Assembly (NCBI GenBank): GCA_963766715.1
Contig: CAVYBH010000012.1
Coordinates: 640,001 to 704,000, forward strand
Direction of reading: 5' to 3'
Origin: an uncultured delta proteobacterium
GTDB taxonomy: Bacteria > Myxococcota > Myxococcia > Myxococcales > Anaeromyxobacteraceae
Length of the DNA: 64,000 nucleotides
Below are positions 10,228 to 24,576 of the stretch, piece after piece; position 1 is the stretch's first letter; the number at the start of each line of letters is the position of its first letter. The notes under the pieces were generated by a model. It was not told the origin of the DNA. It made no database searches and worked only from the letters and a program-made list of their open reading frames with translations. The translations under genes were made by a program, and so were the position numbers.

Positions 10228-11323
10228 CTAGAGGCCCCTGCCCCGGACCGCCAGCCGGACCGCACGCCGGAGGCCGGCCCACGGAAGCCTCGCCTCGGCC
10301 TCTTCCGGGGAGAACCAGCCCCACTCGCAGTGCTCCTCGGAGAGGCGCGGCTCGAAACCCTCGGGCAGGCGGGCCACGAAGGCGGTCTCCCGCCCCGTGC
10401 GCAGCCCCGGCCCCACCCGACCGGCCAGGGTCGGGGTGAGGGCGAAAGCCGTGCACGTAGCCGAGCGCCGCGACCGGCAGGTCGGCGCCGGTCTCCTCCC
10501 GCAGCTCCCGGTGCGCCGCGGCTGCGGCCTCCTCCCCCGGCTCAATCCGGCCGGTGACCTGCTGCCAGAACCCACCACGGTCCGCCGTACGGCGAAGGAG
10601 CAGGACCCGGCCGTCCGCGCCGACCGCAGTCACGGAGATGGTCTGCAGGTCGAAGCCCCGGTCTTCCCGGTCGCGCTCGAGGGTCGCGGCGAGGTGCCCG
10701 GCCAGCCGCTCCTCGACGTCCGGGAGCGCCGGCACCGGGCGACCCTCCCGGCGAAGCTCGGCGGCGAGCGTCGTCACGCCCAGGCCGGGGTCGCCGATGC
10801 CGCACGGCACGATGGCGCCGAAGTGGGCGAGATCGGCGTCGACGTTGAGGGCAAGGCCGTGGGTGGAGATCCAGCGGGAGAGGTGCACCCCCACCGCCCC
10901 CACCTTCCGGGAGCCGATCCAGGCGCCGCGGTGCTCGGCGTGGCGCCCGGCCGCGATTCCCCAGTCGGCGCAGGTCCGGATCATCGCCTCCTCGAGCGCG
11001 GCCACGAACTTCCGGACGTCCGGCTTCGCCGAGAGGTCCACCACCGGGTAGGCCACGATCTGGCCGGGCCCGTGGTAGGTGACGTCCCCTCCCCGGTCGG
11101 TCTCGTGGACCTCGAAGCCCTGGAGGGCAAGCCACTCCGGCGAGGCCACCACGTTCGAGCCATCGGCTCCCCGGCCCAGCGTCAGGACCGGCGGGTGCTC
11201 GAGGAGGAAGAGCCAGTCCGCGTCCGGATCCCGGGCGCGAACGCGTTCGGCCGCGAGCCGCATGAGCTCGAGGCCGTCGGCGTACTCGACCCGGCCCAGC
11301 TTCTGGACCCGCAGCGACCGCAC
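10228..11323 (-). CDS. lipB: Octanoyltransferase LipB fused to a C-terminal NUDIX (NudB-like) domain (frameshift near 10447)
   Basis: [41 protein letters not shown]; in the same frame [19 protein letters not shown]...RELREETG (NUDIX box). Confidence 0.9.
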
Positions 11324-11330
11324 GGGTCGC

Positions 11331-12783
11331 CTAGCCTCCCGCCGGCGCCCCCGCGGCCGACTTCTCCCGGCGCGGGCGCTCGGGGCGGTTCACGGCGTGG
11401 ATGGCCTCGCCCAGGGCCGCCTTGCAGGCCTCCATGAAGGCCTCGGCCAGGGTCGGGTGGGCGTGGATGGTGAGCGCGACGTCCTCGAGATACGCGCCCA
11501 TCTCGAGGGCCAGGGTGGCCTCGGCGATCAGGTCGGAGGCCTCCGGCCCGACGATGGTGACTCCGAGCAGCAGCTTCGAGTCGCGATCGGCCACCACCTT
11601 CACGAAACCCTCGGTGTGGTCGATGGCGATGGCCCGTCCCAGCGCGGCGAAGGCGAACTTGCCGACCAGGGGATCGAGCCCCTTCTTGCGCGCCTCCTCC
11701 TCCGACAGGCCGGCGGTCGCCACCTCGGGGTCGGTGAAGATGGCCCCCGGGATCGCCACCCAGTCGCGCAGCGACTTCTTCCCGGCGATGACCTCGGCCG
11801 CGGTCTCTCCCTCCCTGGACGCGGTGTGGGCCAGGAACGGAGGGCCGATGACGTCGCCGATGGCGAAGATGGACGGAACGTTCGTCTGCAGCCGGTCGTC
11901 GACCTGGATGAACCCGCGGGCGTCCAGCTTCACGCCCGCCTTGTCGAGGCCGAGCCCCTCGGTGGTGGCGCGGAAGCCCACCGCCACGAGCACCTTGTCG
12001 GACTCCACGACCTGTTCCTTCCCCTCGACCTCGACGGTCACCTGGAGGGAGGCGCCGTTTCGCCGCTGCCCCTTCGCCTTGGCGTTGACGAGGACCTCGA
12101 CGCCTCGCTGACGCAGCCCCTTCTGGACGATGCGGACCGCCTCGGGATCCACCCCGGCGAGCAGCGACGGCAGGGCCTCCACCACCGTGACCTTGGAGCC
12201 GAGCTTGGCGTAGACCGTCCCCAGCTCGAGGCCGATCACGCCCCCGCCGATCACCACCAGCCGGCCGGGCACCTCGGGCAGGTCCACCGCCTCCTTGGCG
12301 CTCCAGACGTCCGGTCCGAACTCGAAGCCGGGGATCTGGATGGTCTTCGCGCCCGTGGCCACGATGAAGGCCGGCGCCTCGACGCGCGTCTTCTCGCCGC
12401 CGGCGTCGACCTCGATGGCGGTCGGCCCCACGAAGGTGGCCGTGCCCTTGAGCACCTCGACCCCGTTGCCCTTCTCGAGCTGGCCGATCGCCGCCGACGA
12501 GCTTCTTCACGACCTCCCGCTTGAAGGCGCGGAGCTTGTCCACGTCGACCCGGGGCGCCTCGACGAGGATGCCGCGGTCGGCAGCCCCCCGGATCTCGTC
12601 CACCAGGTTGGCCGCGGCGATGAGCGCCTTGGAGGGAATGCAGCCCCAGTTGAGGCACACGCCGCCGAGGGACTCCTTCTCGACGAGCGCCGTCTTCTTC
12701 CCGAGCTGCGCCAGGCGGATGGCCGCCACGTAGCCGCCCGGCCCGCTCCCCACCACCACCGCGTCGAAGGTCTTCGTCGCCAT
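11331..12783 (-). CDS. lpdA: Dihydrolipoyl dehydrogenase E3 (frameshift near 12490)
   Basis: [55 protein letters not shown]. Confidence 0.95.
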
Positions 12784-12793
12784 CGTCTCTCCT

Positions 12794-13654
12794 CTATTTC
12801 CTGGATATAGCGCGCTTGCGGCGTCTTGCCTGCTCCGCATCCGCGAGTACCGGCGGGGTACGGGGGCGTACCCCGGTGATCCCCTGGACCACCGCGCCCG
12901 CCGCCGCCAGGCCGAACACGCCCGTCACGAAGGCCACGCTCCCGTAGCACCTGGGCTCCCGGCGGCGAGACGTCTCCGGCCGCGGCCGGGTGCCCGGGAT
13001 GCCCTCCTCGTCCCCCGGCAGCGCGAGGGTCTCCCGCGGCTCCTCCACCGACCAGACGGCCTGGACGCCGAGCGGCGCCGTGGCCGAGATGGCGTGCCGG
13101 CGCCGCAGGTACTTTCGAACGTCCTTCGCGAGCTGGTCGGTGTGGGTCTCCGCCAGGTCGGTGACCTGGACCGCGGTCGGGTCGATCCTGCGCGCCGCGC
13201 CGAGCACCGTCACCACCGGGATTCGCAGGTCCAGGCAGCGCGCGATCACGTGGAGCTTCGCGACGACCGTGTCCATCGCGTCGACCACGTAGGACGCGCC
13301 CGGGGGAACCAGCGCCTCGGCGGTCTCCGGGCCGTACGGGTGGCAGACGGCCTCCATCCGGGCGTCCGGCGCGACCTTGCCCAGCCGCTCCGCGAGCACC
13401 TCCGCCTTGAACCGCCCGTACTCCCCGTCCAGGGCGTGGAGCTGCCGGTTGGCGTTGGTCTCCTCCACCCGCTCCCCGTCGACCAGGGTCAGGTGTCCCA
13501 CGCCGCCCCGGGCGAGCGCCTCGGCCGCGAAGGAGCCCACGCCCCCCAGGCCGAGCACGACCACGTGCGCCACGGCCAGCCGGTCGACGGCCTCGACTCC
13601 GAGCAAGCGGGCGTTGCGGTCCACCCGGCGCGGGATCCTGGGACGGGCGGTCAC
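12794..13654 (-). CDS. ThiF/E1-like enzyme, tRNA ct6A dehydratase (TcdA/CsdL)-like; in frame with tatD as assembled
   Basis: [55 protein letters not shown]; candidate GTG start at 13654. Confidence 0.8.
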   Translation of the reverse strand: MTARPRIPRRVDRNARLLGVEAVDRLAVAHVVVLGLGGVGSFAAEALARGGVGHLTLVDGERVEETNANRQLHALDGEYGRFKAEVLAERLGKVAPDARMEAVCHPYGPETAEALVPPGASYVVDAMDTVVAKLHVIARCLDLRIPVVTVLGAARRIDPTAVQVTDLAETHTDQLAKDVRKYLRRRHAISATAPLGVQAVWSVEEPRETLALPGDEEGIPGTRPRPETSRRREPRCYGSVAFVTGVFGLAAAGAVVQGITGVRPRTPPVLADAEQARRRKRAISRK

Positions 13655-14437
13655 GGAGGCAGGGAGCCGGAAGAGACGCCGGGCGTTGGCGGAGGTGAGC
13701 GCGTCGAGCGCCGCCGGGGTGGCGCCGGCAGCCCGGGCCACGGCCGCGAGCACGAGGGGCAGGTGGGCGGGCTCGTTCCGGCCTCCCCGGTGCGGCCGGG
13801 GCGTCTGGTCGGGCGCGTCGGTCTCCACGAGGAGCCGATCCGGCGCGACGGCCCGGGCGGCGGCGAGCGGCTTGCGGGCCGACTCGTAGGTGACCGGGCC
13901 CGCGAACGAGAAGTGGAGGCCGAGCCCGGCGAGCGGGGCCACCTGCTCGGCGCTCCCGGAGAAGCTGTGGAGGACGCCGCCGGAAGGGACGCCGGCCCGC
14001 AAGAGCGCCGCGCGCATGGCGTCCCCGGCGCGCAGGGAATGGAGGATCACCGGCAACCCGAGGCGCCCCGCGATCTCGAGGTGGCCCCGCAGGACCGCCA
14101 GTTGCCGGTCGAGCGATGCACCCGCCGCTGCGGTCGGGCCATCGAGACCGCATTCGCCCACGGCGACCGCGCCGCCCCGGGCGAGCAGCGATTCCAGATC
14201 CGCGAGGTGGCGATCGTCCGAGCCGGGATCGAGATCCGGGAGGGCCTGGGGATGGATGCCGAGCGCCACGTGAATCCCCGGGTCGGAGGCGGCGAGCGCG
14301 AGCAGCCCCGCCCAGCCGGACGGATGGACGGCAGGGACGATCAGGTCGGTCACGCCGGCTTCCCGGGCCCGGGCGAGGACCGCATCCCGGTCAGCGTCGA
14401 AGGCGGCCGCGTCCAGGTGGCAGTGGGAGTCGATCAC
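13651..14437 (-). CDS. TatD family deoxyribonuclease
   Basis: MIDSHCHLD, LGIHP, AVGECGLD, ILHS, GVLHSFSGS, LLVETDAP; probable true stop TGA at 13651 (one base out of frame as assembled). Confidence 0.88.
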
Positions 14438-14440
14438 CTG

Positions 14441-15733
14441 TCACTTGGCGTGGAGGATGCCGTCGACGAAGAGGAGCGACGGATCCTCCAGGTGGCGGAT
14501 CACCTCGTAGGTGAATTCGGCCGCCTCGCTCCCGTCGACCACCCGGTGGTCGCTCGTCAGCGACAGGTACATGACGTCGCGCACCACCACCTGGCCGTTC
14601 CGGGCCACTGGCGTGGGGCGGATCCGGTGCACGCCCAGGATCGCCACCTCCGGGTGGTTGATGACGGGCGTCGCGAACATCCCGCCCAGCGCGCCCAGGC
14701 TGGTGACCGTGAAGGTCGAGTTGCCCACGTCCTCCGGACGCAGCCGGCCCTCCCGGCTCGCGGCTCCCAGCCGCTCGATCTCCCGGGCCAGGTCGAGGAT
14801 GGAGCTCTGGTCGACCCGGCGGACGACCGGGACGGTCAGTCCCTGCTCGGTTGCCGCGGCGATTCCCAGGTCGTACCAGAGCTTCCGGTGGATCTCCCCG
14901 CGCGCCTCGTCGAACGAGGCGTTGAGCTGCGGGAACTTCTTCAGGGCGGCGACGGCCGCCTTCAGCACGAACGGGAGGAAGGTGATCTTCACGCCCTCGG
15001 CGGAGGCCGCCCGGGCGAGCTTCTCCTTCCAGGCCACGAGCTCGGTCGCGTCCACTTGCTCGACGAAGGTGAAGTGGGCCGCCGTCCGGGTGGACACGGC
15101 CATCTTCTCCGCGATGCGGCGACGCAACCCCCGGACCGGGACGACCTCCACGCTCCCGGGCGAGGCGCCGCCGCTTTCGGCCGGCGTACCCGGCCGCACC
15201 TCGGCCGGCGCGCCCCGTCGCGGCGAAGCGGCGTACGAGCGGACATCGTCCTTCGTCACCCGCCCGCCGGGTCCGGTCCCCGGAAGGCCCTGGAGATCGA
15301 CGCCCATCTCGCGGGCCAGGGCGCGCACCGCCGGGGTCGCCAGCGCCTTTCCGTTCCCGTGAGCGCCGCCGGAAGCCCGCTCGACCGCCTGGGCCACGGC
15401 CGCCCGGACGTCGGCCACGGGTGCGAGCGGAGCGGCGGCAGGCTGCGCCGCCGGCTTCGGCAGCGGGACGACCGGCGCGACCTCGGACGCTCCCTCCGAG
15501 ACCTCGATCTCGACCAGCGCGTGATGGACCTTGGCGACGTCTCCCTCCTTCCAGAGGAGGCGCGTCACGACCCCCCGCTTCGGGGACGGGATCGTGACCG
15601 TCGCCTTGTCGGTCATGACCTCGGCGAGCGGCTGGTCCTCGACCACCGCGTCGCCGGGCTTCACGAACCACTTGAGGATCTCGGCCTCGACGACGCCTTC
15701 GCCGATGTCGGGAAGCAGGAACTCGTAGGCCAT
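14441..15733 (-). CDS. 2-oxoacid dehydrogenase E2 dihydrolipoamide acyltransferase
   Basis: LPDIGEG, lipoyl site EVMTDKATV, E3-binding ATPAVRALARE..GTGPGGRVTKDD, catalytic DHRVVDG. Confidence 0.93.
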   Translation of the reverse strand: MAYEFLLPDIGEGVVEAEILKWFVKPGDAVVEDQPLAEVMTDKATVTIPSPKRGVVTRLLWKEGDVAKVHHALVEIEVSEGASEVAPVVPLPKPAAQPAAAPLAPVADVRAAVAQAVERASGGAHGNGKALATPAVRALAREMGVDLQGLPGTGPGGRVTKDDVRSYAASPRRGAPAEVRPGTPAESGGASPGSVEVVPVRGLRRRIAEKMAVSTRTAAHFTFVEQVDATELVAWKEKLARAASAEGVKITFLPFVLKAAVAALKKFPQLNASFDEARGEIHRKLWYDLGIAAATEQGLTVPVVRRVDQSSILDLAREIERLGAASREGRLRPEDVGNSTFTVTSLGALGGMFATPVINHPEVAILGVHRIRPTPVARNGQVVVRDVMYLSLTSDHRVVDGSEAAEFTYEVIRHLEDPSLLFVDGILHAK

Positions 15734-15753
15734 GTCTCTCCCGGTCCGGACCG

Positions 15754-16728
15754 CTAGTAGGCCACGACGTCGCGGATGGCCTTGAGGATCCGCGGCGCCC
15801 GCGGAAGGTACTCGTTCTCGAGCGTGTAGGGGAACGGGGTGTCGAACCCGGTGACGCGGGTCACCGGCGCCTCGAGGTGGAGGAAGCAACGCTCCTGGAT
15901 GAGGGCCGAGATCTCGGCTCCGAAGCCACAGGTGCGGGGCGCCTCGTGCACCACGATGGCGCGCCCGGTCTTCCGGACCGACTCGGCGATCGCGTCGACG
16001 TCGAGCGGCTGGAGGGACCGCAGGTCGATGAGCTCGGCATCGATTCCCTGGGCGGCGGCCTCGGTGACGGCCTTGTCGGCCTCGTGCCACATGGCTCCCC
16101 AGGCGAGCACCGTCACCTGCCGGCCCTCGCGGGTCACCTTCGCCTTCCCGATGGGGACGACGTACTCGCCCTCGGGGACGTCGCCCTTGGCGGCCCGGTA
16201 GACCCGCTTCGGCTCGAAGAAGAGGACCGGATCCGGATCCCGGATCGCGGCCGCCAGCAGCCCCTTCGCGTCCACCGGGTTCGAGGGGACGACCACCTTC
16301 AGGCCCGCGGTGTGGATGAAGTGGGCCTCCGGGGACTGGGAGTGGTAGTGCCCTCCCCGGATCCCGCCCCCGTACGGCGTCCGGATCACCATGGGACAGG
16401 AGTACTGGCCGCCCGACCGGTAGCGGTACTTGGCCACCTCGTTCAGGATCTGGTCCATGGCGGGGAAGATGAAGTCGGCGAACTGGATCTCCGGCACCGG
16501 CTTGAGCCCGTAGAGGGCCATTCCCAGGGCCGTGCCGATGACCGCGCTCTCGGCGAGCGGCGTGTCGATGACCCGGTCCTTGCCGAACTCCTCCTGGAGC
16601 CCCTGGCTGGCGCGGAACACCCCGCCGAACTTCCCCACGTCCTCGCCGAGGATCACGACGCCGGGATCACGGCGCATCTCCAGCCGCAGGGCGTCGTTCA
16701 CCGCCTGGATGATGTTCATCGTGGCCAT
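15754..16728 (-). CDS. 2-oxoacid (branched-chain/pyruvate) dehydrogenase E1 beta subunit
   Basis: GEDVG..GGVFR, DTPLAE, EIQFADF, GGHYHSQSPE, FFEPK. Confidence 0.93.
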   Translation of the reverse strand: MATMNIIQAVNDALRLEMRRDPGVVILGEDVGKFGGVFRASQGLQEEFGKDRVIDTPLAESAVIGTALGMALYGLKPVPEIQFADFIFPAMDQILNEVAKYRYRSGGQYSCPMVIRTPYGGGIRGGHYHSQSPEAHFIHTAGLKVVVPSNPVDAKGLLAAAIRDPDPVLFFEPKRVYRAAKGDVPEGEYVVPIGKAKVTREGRQVTVLAWGAMWHEADKAVTEAAAQGIDAELIDLRSLQPLDVDAIAESVRKTGRAIVVHEAPRTCGFGAEISALIQERCFLHLEAPVTRVTGFDTPFPYTLENEYLPRAPRILKAIRDVVAY

Positions 16729-16741
16729 GGCCGCTCCCCGC

Positions 16742-17932
16742 CTAGCGTGCGCTCGCCGCGCGCGGATCGGCCGCGATGGCGGCGCGGATCTCCTCGAGCT
16801 GTTCCCGCTGCTGCCAGAGCGGCTCGGCGTAGACCTGTTCGAAGAGGGTCTCGAGCGCCGGCTTGGCGGCGAAGGCCTCGGCCTCCTCGACGGCGCGGCG
16901 GATGGACTCGCGGGCGTCGTTCCGCATGGCCTCGCTCTCTCCCTCGGCGAGCACCTTCCGCCAGCGCAGGTATCGCCCGAGCTTGAGGATCGGGTCCCTC
17001 GCCCGCCACTGCTCGACCTCCTCGGCCCCGCGGTAGGCGCGCGGATCGTCGGAGGTGGAGTGCCCTTCCACGCGGTAGGTCACGCACTCGAGGAGCGTGG
17101 GTCCCTGCCCCGCAGCCGCGCGCTCCCGCGCCCGCCGCGTCGCCGCGTGGACCGCGAGCAGGTCGTTTCCGTCCACCCGCTCGCCGCGGATTCCGTAGGC
17201 GATGGCCTTCTGTGCGATGGTCTCGGACGCGGTCTGCAGCTCGCGGGGGACGCTGATCGCCCACCCGTTGTTCCTGCAGACCAGGACCACCGGGACCTTG
17301 TGGACCCCGGCGAAGTTGGCGCCGGTGTGGAAGTCGTTGGCGCTGGTGGCGCCCTCGCCGAACCAGGTGAGCGCCACCATGTCGTCGCCCCGGATGCGCG
17401 CGGCCCAGGCCGCACCGACGGCCTGCGGGAGCTGGGTGGCGATGGGCGCGCTGATCGAGACGAAGTGACCGGGAGCCCAGGCCTCGTGGCAGGGCATCTG
17501 GTGCCCGAGCATCCTGTCCCCCGCGTTCCCGAGGAGGTCGCAGGCGAAGGAGACGAGCGGCATGCCGCGGTAGAGGGCGGCGGCGTGCTCCCGGTAGGAG
17601 GGGAAGAGCCAGTCTTGCGGCGCGAGTGCGGAGACCGTGCCCAGCACGGTCGCCTCCTCCCCGATCGCGCCGATGTAGAAGCCGATCCGGCCCTGCCGCT
17701 GCAGCTGGACCATGCGCTCGTCGAGCTCCCGGGAGAGCACCATCCACCGGTACAGCTCGAGCGCCCGCTCGTCCGGCACGCTCACCTCGGCCGGGTCGGC
17801 GGATCCGTCCTCCTGGATCACCGCGCGGAGCGGGAACTCGCGCTCCCACCGGCCCGCCTCGGGCGCGCTGCCGCCCGTCGGCGCGGCCTCCTTGCGCTTC
17901 CTGGCTTCCTCGATGTCACGCACGCGTCGCAT
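16742..17932 (-). CDS. 2-oxoacid dehydrogenase E1 alpha subunit (TPP-dependent)
   Basis: LQRQGRIGFY, PSYRE, FGEGATS..NNGWAIS, VDGND, HSTSDDPRAYR. Confidence 0.92.
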   Translation of the reverse strand: MRRVRDIEEARKRKEAAPTGGSAPEAGRWEREFPLRAVIQEDGSADPAEVSVPDERALELYRWMVLSRELDERMVQLQRQGRIGFYIGAIGEEATVLGTVSALAPQDWLFPSYREHAAALYRGMPLVSFACDLLGNAGDRMLGHQMPCHEAWAPGHFVSISAPIATQLPQAVGAAWAARIRGDDMVALTWFGEGATSANDFHTGANFAGVHKVPVVLVCRNNGWAISVPRELQTASETIAQKAIAYGIRGERVDGNDLLAVHAATRRARERAAAGQGPTLLECVTYRVEGHSTSDDPRAYRGAEEVEQWRARDPILKLGRYLRWRKVLAEGESEAMRNDARESIRRAVEEAEAFAAKPALETLFEQVYAEPLWQQREQLEEIRAAIAADPRAASAR

Positions 17933-17957
17933 CCGTCCCCTTCCCTCGCACCGGGAG

Positions 17958-18935
17958 CTACCCGACGCGCGCCTCCAGCATCCCCTTCACGAAGAGCTCC
18001 CCGGCGCGGTAGCTGGATCGGACGAGCGGGCCGCTCGCCACGTAGCGGAAGCCCTGCTCCCGTCCCAGCCGCTCGTACCCGGCGAACGCCTCGGGCGTCA
18101 CGAACTCCACCACCGGCAGGTGCCAGGCCGACGGGCGCAGGTATTGACCCAGCGTCAGCACGTCCACGCCGACGGCACGGAGATCCCGCATGGCCTCCTC
18201 CACCTCGGCGGGAGACTCCCCGAGCCCCACCATGATGGACGACTTGGTGAAGACGGCCGGGAACTCGGCCTTCATGCGGGCCAGCACCCCGAGGGTCTGG
18301 TCGTAACCAGCCCGGCCGTCGCGCACGGCCGGCGTGAGCCGCCGGACGGTCTCGATGTTGTTGGCGAACACGTCGGGGGCGGCCCGGCCCACGGTGCGGA
18401 CCGCCTCCGGGTCCCCCTGGAAGTCGGGAGTGAGGACCTCGACCAGGAGACCAGGGATCTCCTTCAGGCGGCGGATGGCCTCGGCGAAGTGGGCCGCCCC
18501 GCCGTCCGGCAGGTCGTCCCGATCGACGCTCGTGACCACGACGTAGTCGAGGTGAAGCTGGCGCACCGCGTCAGCCACGTGCCGGGGCTCGTCCGCGTCG
18601 AGGGCAGGCGGGCGCGCCGCCGTCTTCACCTGGCAGAACCGGCAGCCCCGGGTGCAGGTGTCGCCCATGAGCATGACCGTGGCCGTGCCGCCCCCCCAGC
18701 ACTCCGCCACGTTCGGGCAGTGAGCCTCGGCGCAGACCGTGTGGAGCGACAGCCCGCGGAGCGTGTCCCGGACCCGGCCGTATCGCTCGCCCCCGGGGAC
18801 CCCGACCCGGAGCCAGCCGGGCTTCCGGGCGTCGATCGGCAGCCCGCGGGCCCGGATGTCGGCCATGGCTTCCCGAGCCCCTGCTCCGGGGGGGTCGATC
18901 TCCAGCACCGGGAGTCTCGGAAGCCTGGTCGCCAT
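17958..18935 (-). CDS. lipA: Lipoyl synthase
   Basis: [41 protein letters not shown]. Confidence 0.95.
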   Translation of the reverse strand: MATRLPRLPVLEIDPPGAGAREAMADIRARGLPIDARKPGWLRVGVPGGERYGRVRDTLRGLSLHTVCAEAHCPNVAECWGGGTATVMLMGDTCTRGCRFCQVKTAARPPALDADEPRHVADAVRQLHLDYVVVTSVDRDDLPDGGAAHFAEAIRRLKEIPGLLVEVLTPDFQGDPEAVRTVGRAAPDVFANNIETVRRLTPAVRDGRAGYDQTLGVLARMKAEFPAVFTKSSIMVGLGESPAEVEEAMRDLRAVGVDVLTLGQYLRPSAWHLPVVEFVTPEAFAGYERLGREQGFRYVASGPLVRSSYRAGELFVKGMLEARVG

Positions 18936-19047
18936 CGCCGCGGGTTCTAAGCGTACGCTGGCGCCGGTTCAAGGCGCCGTGCATCGCCCTCGGGACGGCG
19001 AGATGGCATGGCTCCACACCCCCCCGCTGGGATATGAAGGGGGACCC

Positions 19048-20138
19048 ATGGCCGGCGAATCTTCCACCCTCGAGCCAGCCGATGGGAGGGCTCCCCGGGT
19101 TCTCATCGTGGACGACGATTCGGTCGTCCGCGACGCCATCGGGATGGTCCTCTCCGAGGAGGGCTACGACTGCCAGTCCTCGAACGGGGCCGAGGCCGCC
19201 CTCGACGCCGTCAAGGTGCTCGATCCCCACCTCGTCATCAGCGACATGAAGATGCCCGGGAAGGACGGGCTCTGGTTGCTCGACCGGCTCCGTCGCGAGC
19301 GCCCCGACACGGCGGTGGTGATGCTCACCGCGTACGGCGACACCGAGGCCGCCGTGGAGTGCCTGCGGCGCGGCGCGACCGACTACCTCCTCAAGCCCCC
19401 CAAGGCCTCGGACCTGCTCCGCTCCATCGAGCGCGCGCTCTCCCGGCGGCGCGACGAGCGGGCCCGGGAGCGCTACCGCTCCAGCCTGCAGCGCACGGTG
19501 CGGGAGAAGACGACCGACCTGCGGCGCGCCCTCGTCGAGGTCGAGGCCGCCTACCAGAGCACGCTGTACGCGCTCGTCGCCGCCCTCGACGCGCGCGAGC
19601 ACGAGACCGGCGATCACTCCCAGCGGGTGGGACGGTACACGCTGGCCGTCGCCGACCGGCTCGGCGTGCCGGTCGACCAGCGCAACGACATCTTCCGCGG
19701 GGCGCTCCTCCACGACATCGGCAAGATCGGGGTCCCGGACGCCATCCTCCTCAAGCCGGGCCCGCTCGATGACGCCGAGTGGGAGGAGATGCGGCGCCAC
19801 CCCCAGACCGGGTTCAACATCCTGAAGTCGATCGGGTTCCTGAAGGCGCCCGCCGAGATCGTGCTCTCCCACCAGGAGCGCTGGGACGGGACCGGCTACC
19901 CGCGGGGCCTTCGCGGCGAGGCCATCCAGGTGGGCGCCCGCATCTTCGCCGTCGCCGACGCGCTCGACGCGATGACGAGCGACCGCCCTACCGAGCCAGC
20001 CTGGGGTTCACCCGGGCCCTCGCCGAGATCGCGCGCTGCTCCGGGACCCAGTTCGACCCCACCGTGGTCGACGCCCTGCTCTCGATCGGCCAGGCCGGGC
20101 TCGAGACCATCGCGCGGCTGGAGACCCGTCCCCTGTGA
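19048..20138 (+). CDS. Response regulator with HD-GYP c-di-GMP phosphodiesterase domain (frameshift near 19993)
   Basis: REC domain (VDDD, SDMKMP, LTA, KP) plus HS.RV, LHDIGK, HQERWDGTGYP, DRPYR, GTQFDP. Confidence 0.9.
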
Positions 20139-21134
20139 CCGCCGCCGACTCCGGACGCGGGCGCGCGGCGCCCCTCGTCGACCCCCAGGGGCGGCGCATC
20201 TCCTACCTCCGCCTCTCCCTGACCGACCGCTGCAACTTCCGCTGCAGCTACTGCAGCCCGGCGATCGAGTCCGCGCACGGCGACGCCCTCGACCGCGCCG
20301 CCATCCGGCGGCTGGTCACCCTCTTCGCCGGGATGGGCATCCGCCGCGTGCGCCTCACCGGGGGTGAACCGACCCTGCGGCGGGACATCGTGGAGGTGGT
20401 GGCGGACATCCACGCCACCCCGGGCATCGAGGAGGTCGCCCTCACCACCAACGGCCACCGGCTCGAGGAGCTGGCCGCGCCGCTCCGCCGGGCCGGGCTC
20501 CGCCAGCTGAACGTCTCCCTCGACACCTTCGACGGCGCCCGCCTCGAGCGCCTCTCCGGGCGCGCCGCCGACGTCGAGCGCATCCGGCGGGGCATCGCCG
20601 CCGCCGCCGCCGCGGGCTACCCGTCGCTCAAGATCAACACGGTGGTCCTCCGGGACGTGAACGACGCCGAGCTCGGCGACCTGGCCCGCTTCGCCTGGCG
20701 GTACGGCGCGATCGCCCGGTACATCGAGCTCATGCCCTTCGGCGGGGGCAACCCGGTCTCGGTGGCCGAGATGCAGGCCCTCCTCGTCGCCCAGGGCGTC
20801 CGGCTCGAGCCCGACGCCACGCGGGGCTGGGGCCCGGCCCGCCACATGCGCGGCATCTCCACCGAGGACGGCCGCGAGGTCCACGGGCTGCTCGGCTTCA
20901 TCGGCGCGATCTCCGAGAACTTCTGCGAGGACTGCAACCGGGTCCGCGTCAGCGCCGCCGGGGCGCTGCGCGCCTGCCTGGGAGGGCGCGACGAGGTCCC
21001 GCTGGCCGACCTCCTCCGGATCGGGCAGCGACGACGCGGTGGAGGCGGCCATCCGCGACGGTCTGTCCCGCAAGCGCGACCGCCACCACATGGAGGAGGA
21101 GTCCTTCGAGACGATGGTCCGGATCGGCGGCTGA
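20135..21134 (+). CDS. moaA: GTP 3',8-cyclase MoaA (frameshift near 21020)
   Basis: YLRLSLTDRCNFRCSYC, RLTGGEP, LTTNG, FCEDCNRVR..ACL; shifted frame ends with the conserved MVRIGG*. Confidence 0.93.
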
Positions 21135-21207
21135 GACGCGCCGTGGCGCACCGGCTCGCCCGGGATTACCCATTCCCCTGCCCGCGTTCCGGGCCGGAGG
21201 TCACACG

Positions 21208-23068
<1,861 letters not shown>

Positions 23069-23139
23069 ACGTCGTCGAGCGCGCATTTTCCGGCGCGCGG
23101 GTAAATGGTTTTCGGCGCCGACCGGGCGGCCTCGGACGG

Positions 23140-24462
<1,323 letters not shown>

Positions 24463-24576
24463 CTATTTGCCCGTTCGATTGCCTGCCCGTCAACCCTCCT
24501 CCCGTGACGGCCCGTCCTGGCGCTTGACCCCGTCGGGGCCGCCGGCGTAAGCGGGTCGCCTACCAGGAGGTCCTGC

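Noticed and set aside
8705..11323. 872-aa LipB ORF and other very long ORFs (803..4960, 45140..47761, 55139..59710, 30828..34067)
   Set aside because: Extensions are Arg/Pro/Gly-rich off-frame reading caused by stop-codon scarcity in GC-rich DNA plus indels.
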